Shown piece by piece: positions 1-12,926 of a DNA stretch of 64,000 nt. Below the pieces are notes generated by a model. It made no database searches. It saw only the letters and a list, made by a program, of their open reading frames with translations, and had not been told where the DNA came from. Each line of letters begins with the position of its first letter. Within the stretch, counting starts at the first letter, position 1. The DNA is from Eledone cirrhosa (Eukaryota): positions 344,658,001-344,722,000 of the forward strand of contig OZ024740.1 of NCBI GenBank assembly GCA_964016885.1, given 5' to 3'. The translations under genes were made by a program, and so were the position numbers.

Positions 1-46
1 ATATATATATATACAGAGAGTGGGAGAGAGGGAGTGTGTGTGAGAG

Positions 47-92
<46 letters not shown>

Positions 93-751
93 TTGTAGAT
101 ACAAGAATGTAATCATATTTTAATGGATATATGCCTGGTAATGCATAAAGAAATTATGAAGAAGATTGCTTTAATTGATTTAAATGAAAGTATAATTGAA
201 TACGTTGATGGCTGGAGTTACAAAAGGTGGAGATCTAGGAAACCTGAGATTCACGAAACTTTATATAGAATTTACATAGAATTTCGTGTTCAAGGAATTA
301 TCAACTCCAATATATTTCTAATATAAAACCCGTCAATTTTGAGGGGCAATATTCATATAGATATCTGAAGATTTCAATACATTTTTGGGGCCCAAAGTCG
401 TTTTTGTAAACAAATATGTACGTCGTATGCTTTTGTGTGGACTGGAAAATATTCAGTGAATTTTAACTCATATATACTCAGAGTTTCATATTGTCACATT
501 GTTGAGTTATGTGGTTGTGTTTTCTTTTTAGTATAACGTCTATGGACTCACAGGAACCTTCGTCGAGTGTAAGATAATATGAAAGCTGAACTCAATTTTT
601 GATTGCATTTTCAATTAATATATACTTCTTGTATAGGAGGTTCTTTGTAACCAACGAAACCTTATATATATATATATATATATATACACCCATACATACA
701 TACATATATATACTCACACATACATCTCCCGCCATACACACGCATATATAC

Positions 752-796
<45 letters not shown>

Positions 797-977
797 ACTA
801 GAAATTGATTAACATATAAATAAACATGAATAATCACAGGAGATAATTTTTACAAGTGTGTAACCACACATAGCTAGTTAGGTAACTAAATAAAGTTGAC
901 CAGAACATCAAAAATAGATACATTTTAATATGATTAATCTTCCCTGTATATATTAATATTTCCTATATATATATATA

Positions 978-1105
978 TAGGAAAAAGTATGACCCCGACG
1001 GCAGTGCTCAAGCCGTTTCGACGGCTATTTCTGGACTACTACCCTAAGTATTGAGTACACTGGTGCGTTATGCTCCATCTGGGTCCTTACCACATTTCTT
1101 TTGTT
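978..1105 (+). mobile_element. Fold-back family A, copy 1 (inverted arm joined directly to tail)
   Basis: taggaaaa..ccccgacggcag..caagccgtttcgacggctatttctggact is the reverse complement of the family A body seen at 40.7 and 45.4 kb. It is fused to the shared tail actaccctaagtattgagtac..ccttaccacatttc, with (TA)n on both sides. Confidence 0.8.
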
Positions 1106-1176
1106 ATATATATATATATATATAAAATAAAGTAAAATAAATAAGTCAAATGCTTAAAATTTAGATTCGTTTATTA

Positions 1177-1229
1177 CTGCTATATATATTTTGATGACAG
1201 CCATCTTTGGCTGTGACCTCTTCAGGCAG
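1177..1229 (-). ncRNA. Degenerate type I hammerhead ribozyme
   Basis: Minus strand reads ctgc-CTGAAGA-ggtc-acagcca-aaga-tggctgt-catc-AAAA-tatatata-gcag. Stem I is ctgc/gcag and stem II is acagcca/tggctgt, but G12 is mutated. Confidence 0.55.
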
Positions 1230-1433
1230 TCCGAATTAGTGTGGTATAGAGAAGTACATATGTTGTTGAGGTGTATAATTTTGTCAATAATATGCCTAGT
1301 TCCTGGTTGGGTTGTTATTTCACTGAGGAACTGGTATCATATTACTCCGGAGTAACCAGACCAACATGCGCACCTCGTCGAGTGCTCCAATCTGCATACT
1401 GAGGTGTTGATATACAACCAACATATACTCAAA

Positions 1434-1532
<99 letters not shown>

Positions 1533-1670
1533 AATATATAAATATATGCAAATATATATAAATATATATAAATATATGCGAATATATGCAAATATATATA
1601 TATAGAAGTATATATAAATATATGCAAATTGGGCTTCTCAGCCGTTAATATGCATAAGGTAAGTATATAC

Positions 1671-1757
1671 GTTCAACAATCTGGCAGGAAGGTATACGTT
1701 GCTGACGATAGCTAATAAGCTTGAAACTAGTACAGCGTTCCTTTGTCAGTGTTGAAC
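1671..1757 (+). ncRNA. Type I hammerhead ribozyme with extended stem I
   Basis: acgttg-CTGACGA-t-agct-aata-agct-t-GAAA-ctag-TA-cagcgt, with palindromic stem III ACTAGT. Stem I extends as gttcaaca..ctggcaggaagg / cctttgtcag.tgttgaac. Confidence 0.75.
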
Positions 1758-2110
1758 AAACGAGCAACGATGGTTGCTGGACACTACGGCTTAATACGGG
1801 ATGTTTGTTTACAAACACACCGAGCATTATAATAAATGTTCGGTGAATCCATACGTACATATATATATGTGTGCATGTATGTATATATATATATACATAC
1901 TACTGTACGTCTGTATACATATATGTATGTACATATACATACTTATATTTAAGTAACAACCGTACTAAGAGTGGGAAATGAAATTTCTTTCATTTTTTCC
2001 GTTTATAAATATTGTTATACTTGGGGAGGGTCATATTTGTGTAATATTGCCAGAATTAATAACAGAACACACTCACTGTTTGGTTGGTTTTCGCTTCTCG
2101 CTGTCTTTTA

Positions 2111-3207
2111 AATCAAAGTTTGATTTAGAACGTAGCACGATGGAAAGCATCCAGCAGATAGCTAATTCCATACTCCAGAGTATAACTGTAACTATCGACT
2201 TCCCTTCCAAACACCCTAACAATAGACTACCTGTATTAGACACAGAACTCTGGATTAACACTATAGACGAGAGAGCCCAAATTCTCCACTCACACTATGC
2301 TAAACCCATGGCCTCCAAATACCTGATACTCAAAAACTCAGCAATGTCCAGTAGTGCTAATTTTAATATTTGATCGCAGATTTGGTACGAGTGATGAGGA
2401 ATGTGTCCCGCATGTGCGACCCAACAGAAATGGAAGGACACATCCAACACTTCATCAACCGCATGCAGTTCTCTGACTACAACCAAAGAGACTATACGAA
2501 GGAGCCATGGAAAAGTATAAGACCCTCATAGAACTGGACATGAAAGGAATTTGCCCATTATACAGGAGCAAATCATGGAATAGCTTAGATAGGGCTAGAC
2601 ATAAGATAGGGAAAGCCACCTCATGGTACGACAACCAGAGATACCAGAGTGTCATGTTTGTGGACGCCACCCCTGGAGGGAAATTAGCTAACCAGTGTAG
2701 AAAGGCCCCGAGAAAGACCCACTTCAAAATAAAGGTGGTAGAAAAGCCAGGAACCACCAAAAATCCCTGATCAGCAAAACCTACCCTTTTAAGAAAACCC
2801 ACTGTACCAATAGGAATTGTATCATATGTAAGGTGAACCCCCGTATAAACTGTAAAACTAGAAACGTAGTCTATAGCATAAGATGTACAGAGGGTACTTG
2901 CAGAAACATGAAAACAACATACATAGGTGAGACAGCTCGTAGCATAGGTGAAAGGATAGACCAACACTGAGGTGAACTAAAAGGACGAAAAAACGGGTCA
3001 GTACTATACGAACATGCTAGACAACAACATGACGGTAACATAGACAACATAGCAATTAGAATAATATCTAAGCATAGAAATGACCCAGCAGATAGGCAAA
3101 TCAGAGAGGCCAGTGAAATAGAAATTAGAAGACCAAGGCTAAACAGAAAGAATGAATGGAATAACAACACCACCCAAACAAACAACACTGACCCAAGAGA
3201 AGTATAA
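2111..3207 (+). pseudogene. PLE RT C-terminus, Cys linker and GIY-YIG endonuclease (frameshifts and one stop)
   Basis: ITVTIDFPSKHPNNRLPVLD..HYAKPMAS (RT motif E/thumb); CTNRNCIIC..NCKTRNVVYSIRC..TYIGETARSIGERIDQH..LYEHARQQH..RQIREASEI..PRLNRKNEW (GIY-YIG). Confidence 0.92.
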
Positions 3208-3337
3208 ATAAGTAAATAAAATAAAATAAATAAATAAATAAATACATACACAAGCACAATAACAACAAGCACATAAACACACACTAGTCACCCATCACAC
3301 AGCAAACAACAAACAAAACACTATACACACACGCAAA

Positions 3338-3420
3338 CGCATGCGCAAAGAAGACAAAATAAAATAAACAAACAAGCAAATAAATAAATAAATATATAGA
3401 CAGACTGAATAAAAATGGCG
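3338..3420 (+). promoter_or_regulatory. NRF1-like (CGCATGCGCA) and YY1-like (AAAATGGCG) motifs in the pseudo-LTR
   Basis: Same motifs in the same order upstream of the HHR in the related copy at 57741-57786, although the flanking sequence is divergent. Confidence 0.5.
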
Positions 3421-3453
3421 TAGACATACAACACAACAGGAGGAAAATATAAC

Positions 3454-3495
3454 ACCACTGACGATGTTGCAGATGTGCAACGAAAGATTTATGAT
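3454..3495 (+). ncRNA. Minimal hammerhead ribozyme in PLE pseudo-LTR
   Basis: acca-CTGACGA-t-gttgca-gatg-tgcaac-GAAA-gatt-TA-tgat. 6-bp stem II with one extra nt after A9. Confidence 0.7.
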
Positions 3496-4606
3496 AAACT
3501 ATATATATGTGTTTGTGTCTATATCGTATCTGTATTATTTTTGACCGTTGGTCAGTCAATGGCAACATTGAGGACCGAGTAAGTTAGATTACCGATATAA
3601 AAGACAGCGAGAAGCGAAAACCAACCAAACAGTGAGTGTGTTCTGTTATTAATTCTGGCAATATTACACAAATATGACCCTCCCAAGTTTAACAATATTT
3701 GTTTCGACACACGATTTCATATAAAAAAACCTCGCAAAACTAATTCATCGCCGCTATATATATATTGGTTATTAGAAAAATAATGGCACGTAAATGTATA
3801 TATATATGCGTGTATACATATATATATATCCATATGTTTCTCCATTTTTTTTCTGCCGGACGTTTCCGCCTGAAAGCCTGCCAACTAGCATTATCTTTAA
3901 TGCCAACTAAATAGATAAGGTATACACGACTTTTAACCTTAGAAGCCAACTCATCCTTAAGAGACACTGTCTCTAGAATTGTGAAGCCAAGTCCCATATT
4001 CACGTGCCACTTTCCATTTACGTTTATTTGTCTATTTACTCTGCCACTTGTATGTGTTTTACACATACTTAGTCTGGCTTTACACGTCGTACAGTGTTGA
4101 AACGGTGTAGCTTTCAATAATATTTACTTATTTATTCATTCATTCGTTTGTTCATTCATTCATTTTCTGCTCTGTTGCTCTGCTTTTTGTCAATCTTTAT
4201 TACATATTTGTTGCCGTTGTTTTTGTTGTTTTTGTCTTCGAATGTTTGTTTATTTGGCGATTTGATTTATTTCCGTCATTGTTCGGTATTTATTGTATTT
4301 TATTACTCATTTCTTCTTATTTTTTCTTTCTTTCCTTTACATTTTCAGTTTTGCCAATTTTTCTATATTTACTACCTTTCTCCCTTCTCTCACTCAAAGT
4401 GTCGTTGTATTTCTCTCCATTTATTTCTGTCATTCCCACTCCTTTATTCTCTCCATCTTATTTCTCTATCTTTTATTCTTACTAGCTTTTTCTCACTCTC
4501 TTTCTCCAGTCTTGTTCTTGCATTATCATAACGTCCATCTCACATTTTATTTGTTTACCTTAAATTCTCAACCTCTCTTGTCTCGCAACATTCTCTCTTC
4601 CCGTCT

Positions 4607-4661
<55 letters not shown>

Positions 4662-4783
4662 ACTCTGGTTGCATATCACCCTCTCTTTCTCTCTGCCTGC
4701 ATCTCTTTACATTTTTAAATATATAGCGTTAAACTAATATCTTCATCTTATTGTTTGCTACGTTGTTTTCCGTTTAATGTGTG

Positions 4784-4828
<45 letters not shown>

Positions 4829-5081
4829 GCATATATATATACATATATATAAATACATATATGCACATATATATATATATATATATATACATATATATAT
4901 ACATATATATATGCATATGTATATATATATATATATATATATACATATGTATATATATATATATATATATATACATATGTGTATATATATATGTATATAT
5001 ATATATATACATATTTATATAAACATATATAACATATATATACATATATATATATATACATATAATATACATATATATACA

Positions 5082-5163
<82 letters not shown>

Positions 5164-5611
5164 AATCAAAATGGCGAGCTGTATGGTGCAATTAAGTATA
5201 ATGAAACATTAGAAATTAGAAGTTAGGATTATCCGTCATCAGTTGTCTACTGTGCTTTATATACCTCAGCCTAGGGCGATACAATAACTAAAATAAGTTA
5301 TTGGGATAAAAAGAAGTGGGTGGAGAAAGAGAAAGACAAGTAAACAGACACGAATGGTGAGGCAACGTAAAGAGAGAAAAAAAGGAAAAATATCAAGTCA
5401 ATAATTCATTTCGAACATAAGAATAGGCGAATTTTGACGAGGGGAAAAAGACAGAGTCTTGACCGTACCAGTGTGAGCAATAAAGACCGCATACAGTGCT
5501 GGACGATGGAGGAAGTGAGAGAGAGGGTAAGTAGCAGAGAGTGAGTGAGTGAAAGTGCGAGGAAGAGGCTAGCAGAGAGAGGGTGACTAGCAGAGGAGGT
5601 GAGTAAAAGTA

Positions 5612-5695
<84 letters not shown>

Positions 5696-5775
5696 CAGCA
5701 AAGGAAGAGAAAAAAGACGGGTCACAGCAAAGGGGGAAGCTTATATGAATCAAAATGGCGAGCTGTGTTGTTGCA
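5164..5775. mobile_element. ~580-bp unit with ~28-bp terminal direct redundancy between (TA)n tracts
   Basis: aatcaaaatggcgagctgt..tgca at 5164 and at 5748. Minus-strand CTGATGA-c-ggat-a-atcc near 5226-5242. Confidence 0.5.
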
Positions 5776-5807
5776 CAGTTCCTATTTATATATATATATA
5801 CTACTAG

Positions 5808-5851
<44 letters not shown>

Positions 5852-5858
5852 TTACGAC

Positions 5859-5907
<49 letters not shown>

Positions 5908-6579
5908 AGGTGGATTTCCGATTTAGATCTGGAGGATACAACAGTTAAAAATGATACTCGAAACGTTAGTAGAGTATAAGCATCTTTATTTTATTATGGA
6001 AATGATTTCTACGGGTCTAGAACTGTTTCATACGAATAAAAAACAATCAGATTTCTACATCTTAAAGGCAAACATCTTAAGTGGAAACACTCAAGGAATT
6101 CAATTGATTTTCAACCACCTTAATATTGGTTTCTATATTTTCTTAACCTTTCTTATTTCAATCTTACATAATACGGCACACCTTCCATATTACTCAACAT
6201 AGTTTAATAATAAACATCTATATATTAGATACAACCACAGAATTCCATACATCAGCTATATTACTCACACACAAACACACGAATATTAACATAGCTATTT
6301 CAGTTTTACATCTTTGAGTTGATTCCCTTTGTTAAACTACGTTTTCACAAAGAAGCGTTTAACACGCTATATATCTAACGGTATATCTAAACTCAGCCAA
6401 GCGCCAGATGCCTAGGTAACAAATTTACACGCCCGTTCTTACAATCTGGGGAGATGAGCAAAACTGGGCCTTGAAACTTTAGGTAACGTTTTTGTTCCTT
6501 GTATGAATATGAAGAGAAAATATAATATATAAGCTCTCATAACTGATTGTGCACTGTTTTCACACCCAGCAGTATATTA

Positions 6580-6661
<82 letters not shown>

Positions 6662-6677
6662 ACACACACACACATGG

Positions 6678-7125
6678 ATGATTCTCGGCTTCAGAGTTAT
6701 GAATAATGTAAATAAATTAGTAGAACGAAATGACAGAGGTTACTGAAATCAACAGTAATTAAATATATACATACACGCACCCATACACGTACATACACAT
6801 GCATACGCGAAAACACCATTCTTTCGTATGTGTGCGGGTACATGTATCGCGCGGGTTTATGTATGTGTGCGCGTGTTTATCTGTACGTGCTTGTTTATGC
6901 ATGCGTGGCGGGTGTTTTCGCGTATGCTTGTGTATGTACGTATAATGGATGCGTGTATGTATATATTTAATATTGTTGATTTCTATAACCTCTGTCATTT
7001 TCGTTCTAATAATTTATTTACATTATTATTAACTCTGAAGCCGAGAATCATTGAGTTTCCTAAATAGAATATTAGTCTACGACTTTATTTATACCATAAA
7101 CGTGGTTTCGGCTTGTGTGTAATTG
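6678..7125 (+). mobile_element. Fold-back element G (140-bp inverted arms plus tail)
   Basis: 6678-6817 is an imperfect reverse complement of 6911-7051. It begins at the end of a (CA)n tract. Confidence 0.8.
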
Positions 7126-7279
7126 TTCTCATCGGTCCACATAACGACGCATTATGTTCGCTATTTTCCGTTCATTGCCAGGGAACGTCTTCACGAACCA
7201 AAGTATCGTCTTCCTGTTTTCCTTCGGTTGCAACGTTTTTCGAAATATTTACTTCTGCATTCACAGATTGATTTTTTTT

Positions 7280-7440
7280 AGTTTCAGAATATCCCGTTAG
7301 GGGTGAAAGCAGCGATTCTTTGCTTAAACTGTAATCTGTTATTTTAAAAAATATTTGCTCTAGGGTTCTTATATATTTGATATATATTTATCCTTATCGA
7401 GCCCTCTTTGGATTTTAGTCTTCAAATGTATTATTATTAC
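7280..7440 (+). mobile_element. Family F, copy 1 (PLE-like 3' end with HHR-like fold)
   Basis: Homologous to 38864-39041 (minus) and 50438-50630. Fold reads agttt-CAGAATA-t-ccc-gtta-ggg-gt-GAAA-gca..tgc-TT-aaact. Confidence 0.7.
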
Positions 7441-7473
7441 TATATATATATGCATATATATATACATATATAT

Positions 7474-7556
<83 letters not shown>

Positions 7557-7699
7557 ATATATGATATCCATATATCAATATGTGAATGCATCCGTTGAAG
7601 TTAGGTGGGATCATAATGGGAAATGTTGCAGAACTGATACAATCTATGATGAATACAATACATTGTTTACAGAATATTACTTTTACTAGTTCGGATGTT

Positions 7700-8900
7700 T
7701 AAGTCTGAATGGTTTAATACTGTGTGTTCTTATAATTTTTTGTTATATACCGTGAATAATTCAGTAGGTAATTCATTTGTCTTTTATATGTAAATGTCAT
7801 GCTTGTATGTTTAGTGTGACATTTGATAATGCTAGTATGAATGTTGTTATATGATTTGCTAAGTAATACACTTAACATTATTTAGTGCAGGTGTGTATGT
7901 AGTTAATTTATTTAGTGCTGGAGATCTCTATTGCACGGTGATGAGCCAATGCCATGATGTTATCTGAGTATAAGAATTTATGCTTATTTTGTGGAGGTCC
8001 TTACCATGATGCACGAATAGTTGAATATATTGATGAATGCAATCATTTCGTTAAGCTATTTTAAAAGGTTTGCCGAATTACGAATTCTAGTTATTCTCTA
8101 TTTTTACACTACGCAAATTCCATATGAAAATACACTATCCAATAATTAATTTTTAAAGCAGCACTTTGTTGCTATTACCATTGTGATTTTAAGATAATTT
8201 TGTGGAGTGTCTGTGACAGGGCTGAGAAATTTACAGTCAGGTCCTGTGTATCGTGGCAGCAGTGGATTCGTACTTGTAGGATGAAAGCGGAGGATTTGAA
8301 ATGTTCTTATATTATAATTAGTTCTATTATATTATATAAGTTCATGTATATGTCATCATCAGAGTTTTGCTTGTCTCCTATACTTTTGTATGATCAGCAT
8401 AGCCACTGAGACATTCTCCTAGTTTCAACGTTTCAACTTCTTTAGATATATGGTTTCGTTTGCTGAAATTGTATAGCTTTTACATTTTAAGAATTGCGCA
8501 GTCACTTATCTGGTCTATCAACTATGCTGAGATCACGCAGTTTGTAGTATACTATTCGATTATCAACTCTGTTTAATGTATTCGCAAACTCGAGTTTTAC
8601 AACATTCACTTTTCGATAGTTAAGCAGTAGTTTCTGCAGCTAGTTGTAATGCGGTTGAAGCAGCATCATAAAGCTTTCTGGAAGATGGCCAAGCTAGTTG
8701 TCAGTTAGCAAGTAATTTTCTCTTAGTAACGTGATCAGTTACACACTGTTTATTTCTTCCAAAACTTTGCTGAAGTATGAGATGAGAGACCTAGATCGGT
8801 AATCATTAGCATCTGCCTTTATATGATAAGACATATAAAGATTGCGGGTGTTTACTTCATGCATGAACGCGTAGAGAAGGAATCTACAGGGATTTTACTA
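7700..8900 (-). mobile_element. Highly degenerate CR1/L2-type LINE RT fragment
   Basis: Minus-strand remnants SLISYFSKVLEEI..LLRENYLLTDN, RVDNRI and GYADHTKV resemble RPISLL.FSK, AFDRVDH and YADDTK. Confidence 0.5.
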
Positions 8901-10179
8901 TAACCAGTCTCGGTTTTTAAAAGAATCGATAAGAGCCCATGCGAGATTACACCAATTTTATAAAAACCAAATCAAATTTATCGACACAAGTGATACTATA
9001 TATTTACCGATTTATTCATTAATATATTTATTGTTGCTTACCGTCAAAACAATCACAGTAAAAAGGCTTGCTCAGTAGCTAGTTTACTAATGGTAAATAA
9101 CAATAAGATTTGTTATGGCCGGTGATTTTGCCCGAATTATTGCAAGAGAATATATTTTATTATATCAATTCATACGTCAAGTAGTTATAACCTAGATAAC
9201 AAATTAACTGTAGTAAATAAAAGCAAGAACGATTACTTTCCACAGTTTCCTTTTACTAAATAGCATTTACAAGCTTTCGGACAACTCGAGGTAATAGCAA
9301 AAGTCATTTGGCCAAAAGAGGCGTTCTACGTGATTTGATCGAAAACCATTTTGTTGCAAAGGATAAAGTTAAATAACATTCTGCTGACATATCGGGTTCC
9401 TAATGACACACAAACTCATCCATTATTACTCGCTGAAGATGAGATAGGGTACAAAAATATGTAATGTCTTACCACATGTAGTCCACATTGGTATGTTAAT
9501 ATATCAGTTAAAGTTAATTGTTGGTGGTGTTGAAGACGTCGCTGGTGATGATTATGATGATGTTTAATTCCAGATTAAATCTAATGGAGCAGACATGTGT
9601 TCTAGAGGGTTCCATCCATAACCATCCCATCTTCTCTTCAGTCATAGGTTGATTAAACAACTACTATAGCGACATTAACAAAATGTATAGGATATTTCGA
9701 ACGATAGCTTAGGCTTCTAGTCAGTTGGTTTCATGCAGTTCTGGGTAAGCTATGTTGGTAGAGCTCTTTCTTGCCTGAATATTTCTTCTTGTCCTCAATT
9801 ACAAGCACTAAACATACGAGCTTTGGCGAAGGAAAAATATGTAGTTTTGATATCCGTGTTTATCTTAAAGGAGAAGTAAGTATAAGTAAAATTAAATTTT
9901 GCCAAAATTAGGTCACAGACCCAAGTTACCGGAAGCTCGCCCAGCGCACACGACAAAATAAAGCATATATTTAATTCAATAATAATTTTCACAAAGTGGC
10001 AGAAGAAATATTTACAAACGAATACACACACATGCTTACACGCATTTGTGGATGGTCTCATATATTTACATAGAAATATATGTGCATACACGCACATAAC
10101 ACATTTCTGTCTCTCTCCGTGTCCCACCCTCCCTCGATTTATCTCTCTCTCTCTATCTCTCTATCTTTCTTTCTCTCTC

Positions 10180-10223
<44 letters not shown>

Positions 10224-11638
10224 AACACAACGCATACATACATACATACATACAGACACACACACATATATATACACATCTCTATGTATATATGCATGTA
10301 TGTACGTGAGATATGAGTGTGATTGTGTGTATGTGTGTTTATAGTTTGGAAATAAAATAGTACGAGTTTTGATTGTCAGTGCACCAGTCAAATACAAGCA
10401 GTAGCTAGAGACATGATGGTGTTTAATGTTTACTGTGTAAATATCGACAGGACAGCACAAGGGTGGATCAGACATGTGTACTTGCTCGATGTCATTGCAC
10501 CCCTGGACAGAATGAGTCCATTTATAAGTGAAAGCGATATGAAAATGTATAATATGATATCATATAGTGACAAGTATAGAAATGAAGCTCTTCGTGACCT
10601 ACTTTAAATTCCCTTTTCTCGCTAGTGTTTTACTTGATAGTACTCTTAAGAAGCTGATTCTGCCGACTAATACAAGGAACTAAATTTATATCATGTAACA
10701 TCAGAACGTAAACTATTAATTAATCATTATATCCATCTGAACTTAATGTACTTTAGATACATATGTGATGGTTGATAATGTTGTAATTTATAGAAACATT
10801 AGATCGCCCAATTAAATATTGTACTGTATTAGACGTTGCGTCTACATAAATTAGAGTGTTAGTGATTCATTGGTATCGATTTAAAGGCGTGATCGTGTAT
10901 CTTCAAGGCTTATTCAAGAGTGTAAATATGCCTGTGGATCTCTAACGTATTTTCTGAGTACTTCTTGTGCTTTACGATTTGATTAACCATGATACTGCTA
11001 TGATGAGCAGAGACAGCAAGTAATATTGGCTTTCAGTGAGATAGAGACGAAACACTTCCACATGAATCCCATACTGAAATAAATAAGTGGTGCGCCCATT
11101 ACCTTGCCTAACGTAAGTTCAAAGTGGAGTTAACAAAGCAGCAACTCCAACATCAACACCATCGCGCATGGAAACCTGCCCCTAGCCCTTGTAACACAAC
11201 TGGATATAAATAATCACAACCACCAGCACCGCCACCACCACCACATCACTACCACAAAAACGAGGATGGCGCATGCCGTCGGTTGCTTGGTGAGGGTAAC
11301 ACAACATACGCCATACTGGACAGATCCACCCAAAACAAATTCCACTTCATTCGATATCTGATCGGGTAGAGGGGGTTAAGGAACCTAACATGAACGAGAC
11401 CCTGATCAATTGAGATCAATTGAAACCTTTCGAAAGAGTCGAACATTGCTAGCTCGCAGCAGTCCTCAAATAGCCGCTTCGGACACATTTTCTGGGTCCA
11501 TAACGTTGCTGCCATTGCTGTTTATGTTGTTGTTGACGTTGTTGTTGCTGCTGCTGCCTTTTGTTGTTGGCGAGGATTGCGTTGTTTTTTATGTTTATGT
11601 TTGTGATCGTGATAGTGGTCGTGCTGGTGACGCTTTTG

Positions 11639-11733
11639 TCAACCTTTTGACGCCCTGCGAGCTGCTGTCTCGTGATATGAACTTCTCGCTGCTGTATGTG
11701 GAGGGGCTGGTGTTACTTGTATTCTTTTACTTT
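11639..11733 (-). CDS. Possible short terminal exon of an unidentified host gene (speculative)
   Basis: ctaat..attAG acceptor followed by SKRIQVTPAPPHTAARSSYHETAARRASKG*, in a GC/CpG-richer island (11.1-11.75 kb) with no recognised transposon. Weak pyrimidine tract and no recognisable domain. Confidence 0.2.
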
Positions 11734-12314
11734 CTAATTTCAATTAGTGACAGAAATTAATATGCTTTATGTTCTAACATTTTCAACAAAATCATCAGTT
11801 GCTATTCAAGAGTAAATTGATATGATATCGTACCCTGAACATACGCTGTCTCCCATCAAACAGATATTACTCTTATATGATTTAAAATATAGAAATATAC
11901 TGTTTTAAATTTTATTATAACCCTTATACTTTAACTTTAATATATAAAATAAGTTCTAAATAAATATATTGCTAAATGGTTGCTGAGTAATTGATACAGA
12001 CAATGGAATCACCTTCATAATAGTGTCAAATAATAAATTAACATGATTTCCTTTAAATCATATTATGTACACATTAACAGAACGACAAATATGACACGTT
12101 GAGTGATAAACGTAGAACCAAGTATCCATTACTTCTCAGGTGACAACCTTCCTCGTTCTCTGTGTTCAGATAGTGAATAATGTTTAACACTCTATAGATA
12201 GTCATGTTATCGAATGAGAAAAGTAAAGTGAAAATGGGATTCGAAAAGAAAATGAGTAAGACTGAACCACAATCCACCGTTTTCATATACATAGATACAT
12301 ACATACATACATTA

Positions 12315-12735
12315 GCGAAAAGGAGAATATGTATGCAGAACTAATGAGAAATCTGCAGAATCTCCACTCTGATTATACCTTCATATTTATGACTGTGATT
12401 ATTGGGGCACTGGGATATGTTAGTAACTGCCTCAATACAAATCTTGAGAAGCTGGGTTTCACAGAAACAGAAAGAACACAACTAGTTAGGATATTACAAG
12501 TACAATCCATTAATGGAACAGTAAAAATATGTAAAACTTTCAAAAGCCTTTGCATCTAATAACTGCATATATACATGCACACATACAATAACATCCATAC
12601 CTGCAAGCACATGCATGCAGATATGCATACATATCTACCTAGTTGATGTGTAAATTCCAGTCTTGTAACTATGTTAGAAACCGACTCTATCCCTATTGGC
12701 AAAAATTTGAGAAATTATAAAACCAGAAAAATATA
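12315..12735 (+). mobile_element. 3' end of R4/Dong-type (RLE) non-LTR retrotransposon
   Basis: EKENMYAELMRNLQ..TVIIGALGYV..QSINGTVKICKTF matches the C-terminus of a restriction-like endonuclease, followed by a 3' UTR. Confidence 0.8.
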
Positions 12736-12753
12736 CATATATATATATGTATA

Positions 12754-12926
12754 CAGTGAAATTCTATTATAACGATTTCAGGGGTATAAAAAAAATTCAT
12801 TGTCACGAAAATTTCTTAATAACGAGATCGACCTATCCCATCGAGCGTGTGGCTGGGGATTGAAACAAATTTCGTTATGCTAAAAAATTCGTTATAATGG
12901 TATTCGTTATAACGGAATTTTACCTG
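12754..12926. mobile_element. Tc1/mariner (pogo/Tigger-type) MITE
   Basis: TA|CAGTGAAATTC.ATTATAACG ... CGTTATAACGGAATTTTACCTG|TA, with internal TTCGTTAT repeats. Confidence 0.85.

Larger units (their letters stand above)
2007..3750 (+). mobile_element. 5'-truncated Penelope-like retroelement with inverted pseudo-LTR (family C, copy 1)
   Basis: Near-perfect inverted repeat 2007-2110 / 3598-3700 plus an unpaired tail at 3701-3750. Internal RT-thumb and GIY-YIG coding remnants, and an HHR near 3455. Confidence 0.92.

Noticed and set aside
1321-1370. CTGAGGA with a stem-loop as a hammerhead
   Set aside because: GAAA is absent (reads CCAA) and there is no stem I.
2968-2970. In-frame TGA in the PLE endonuclease as possible selenocysteine
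   Set aside because: It is not at a Cys position, the copy has other frameshifts and no SECIS was seen. A TGG>TGA nonsense change is more likely.
4755-5195. Long ORFs of YI/HT/CV/LS/ER dipeptides here and throughout the track
   Set aside because: They are translations of stop-free dinucleotide microsatellites, not genes.
10998-11080. ATGATGA..CTGA as a C/D snoRNA
   Set aside because: No terminal stem or recognisable guide. Such a match is expected by chance.
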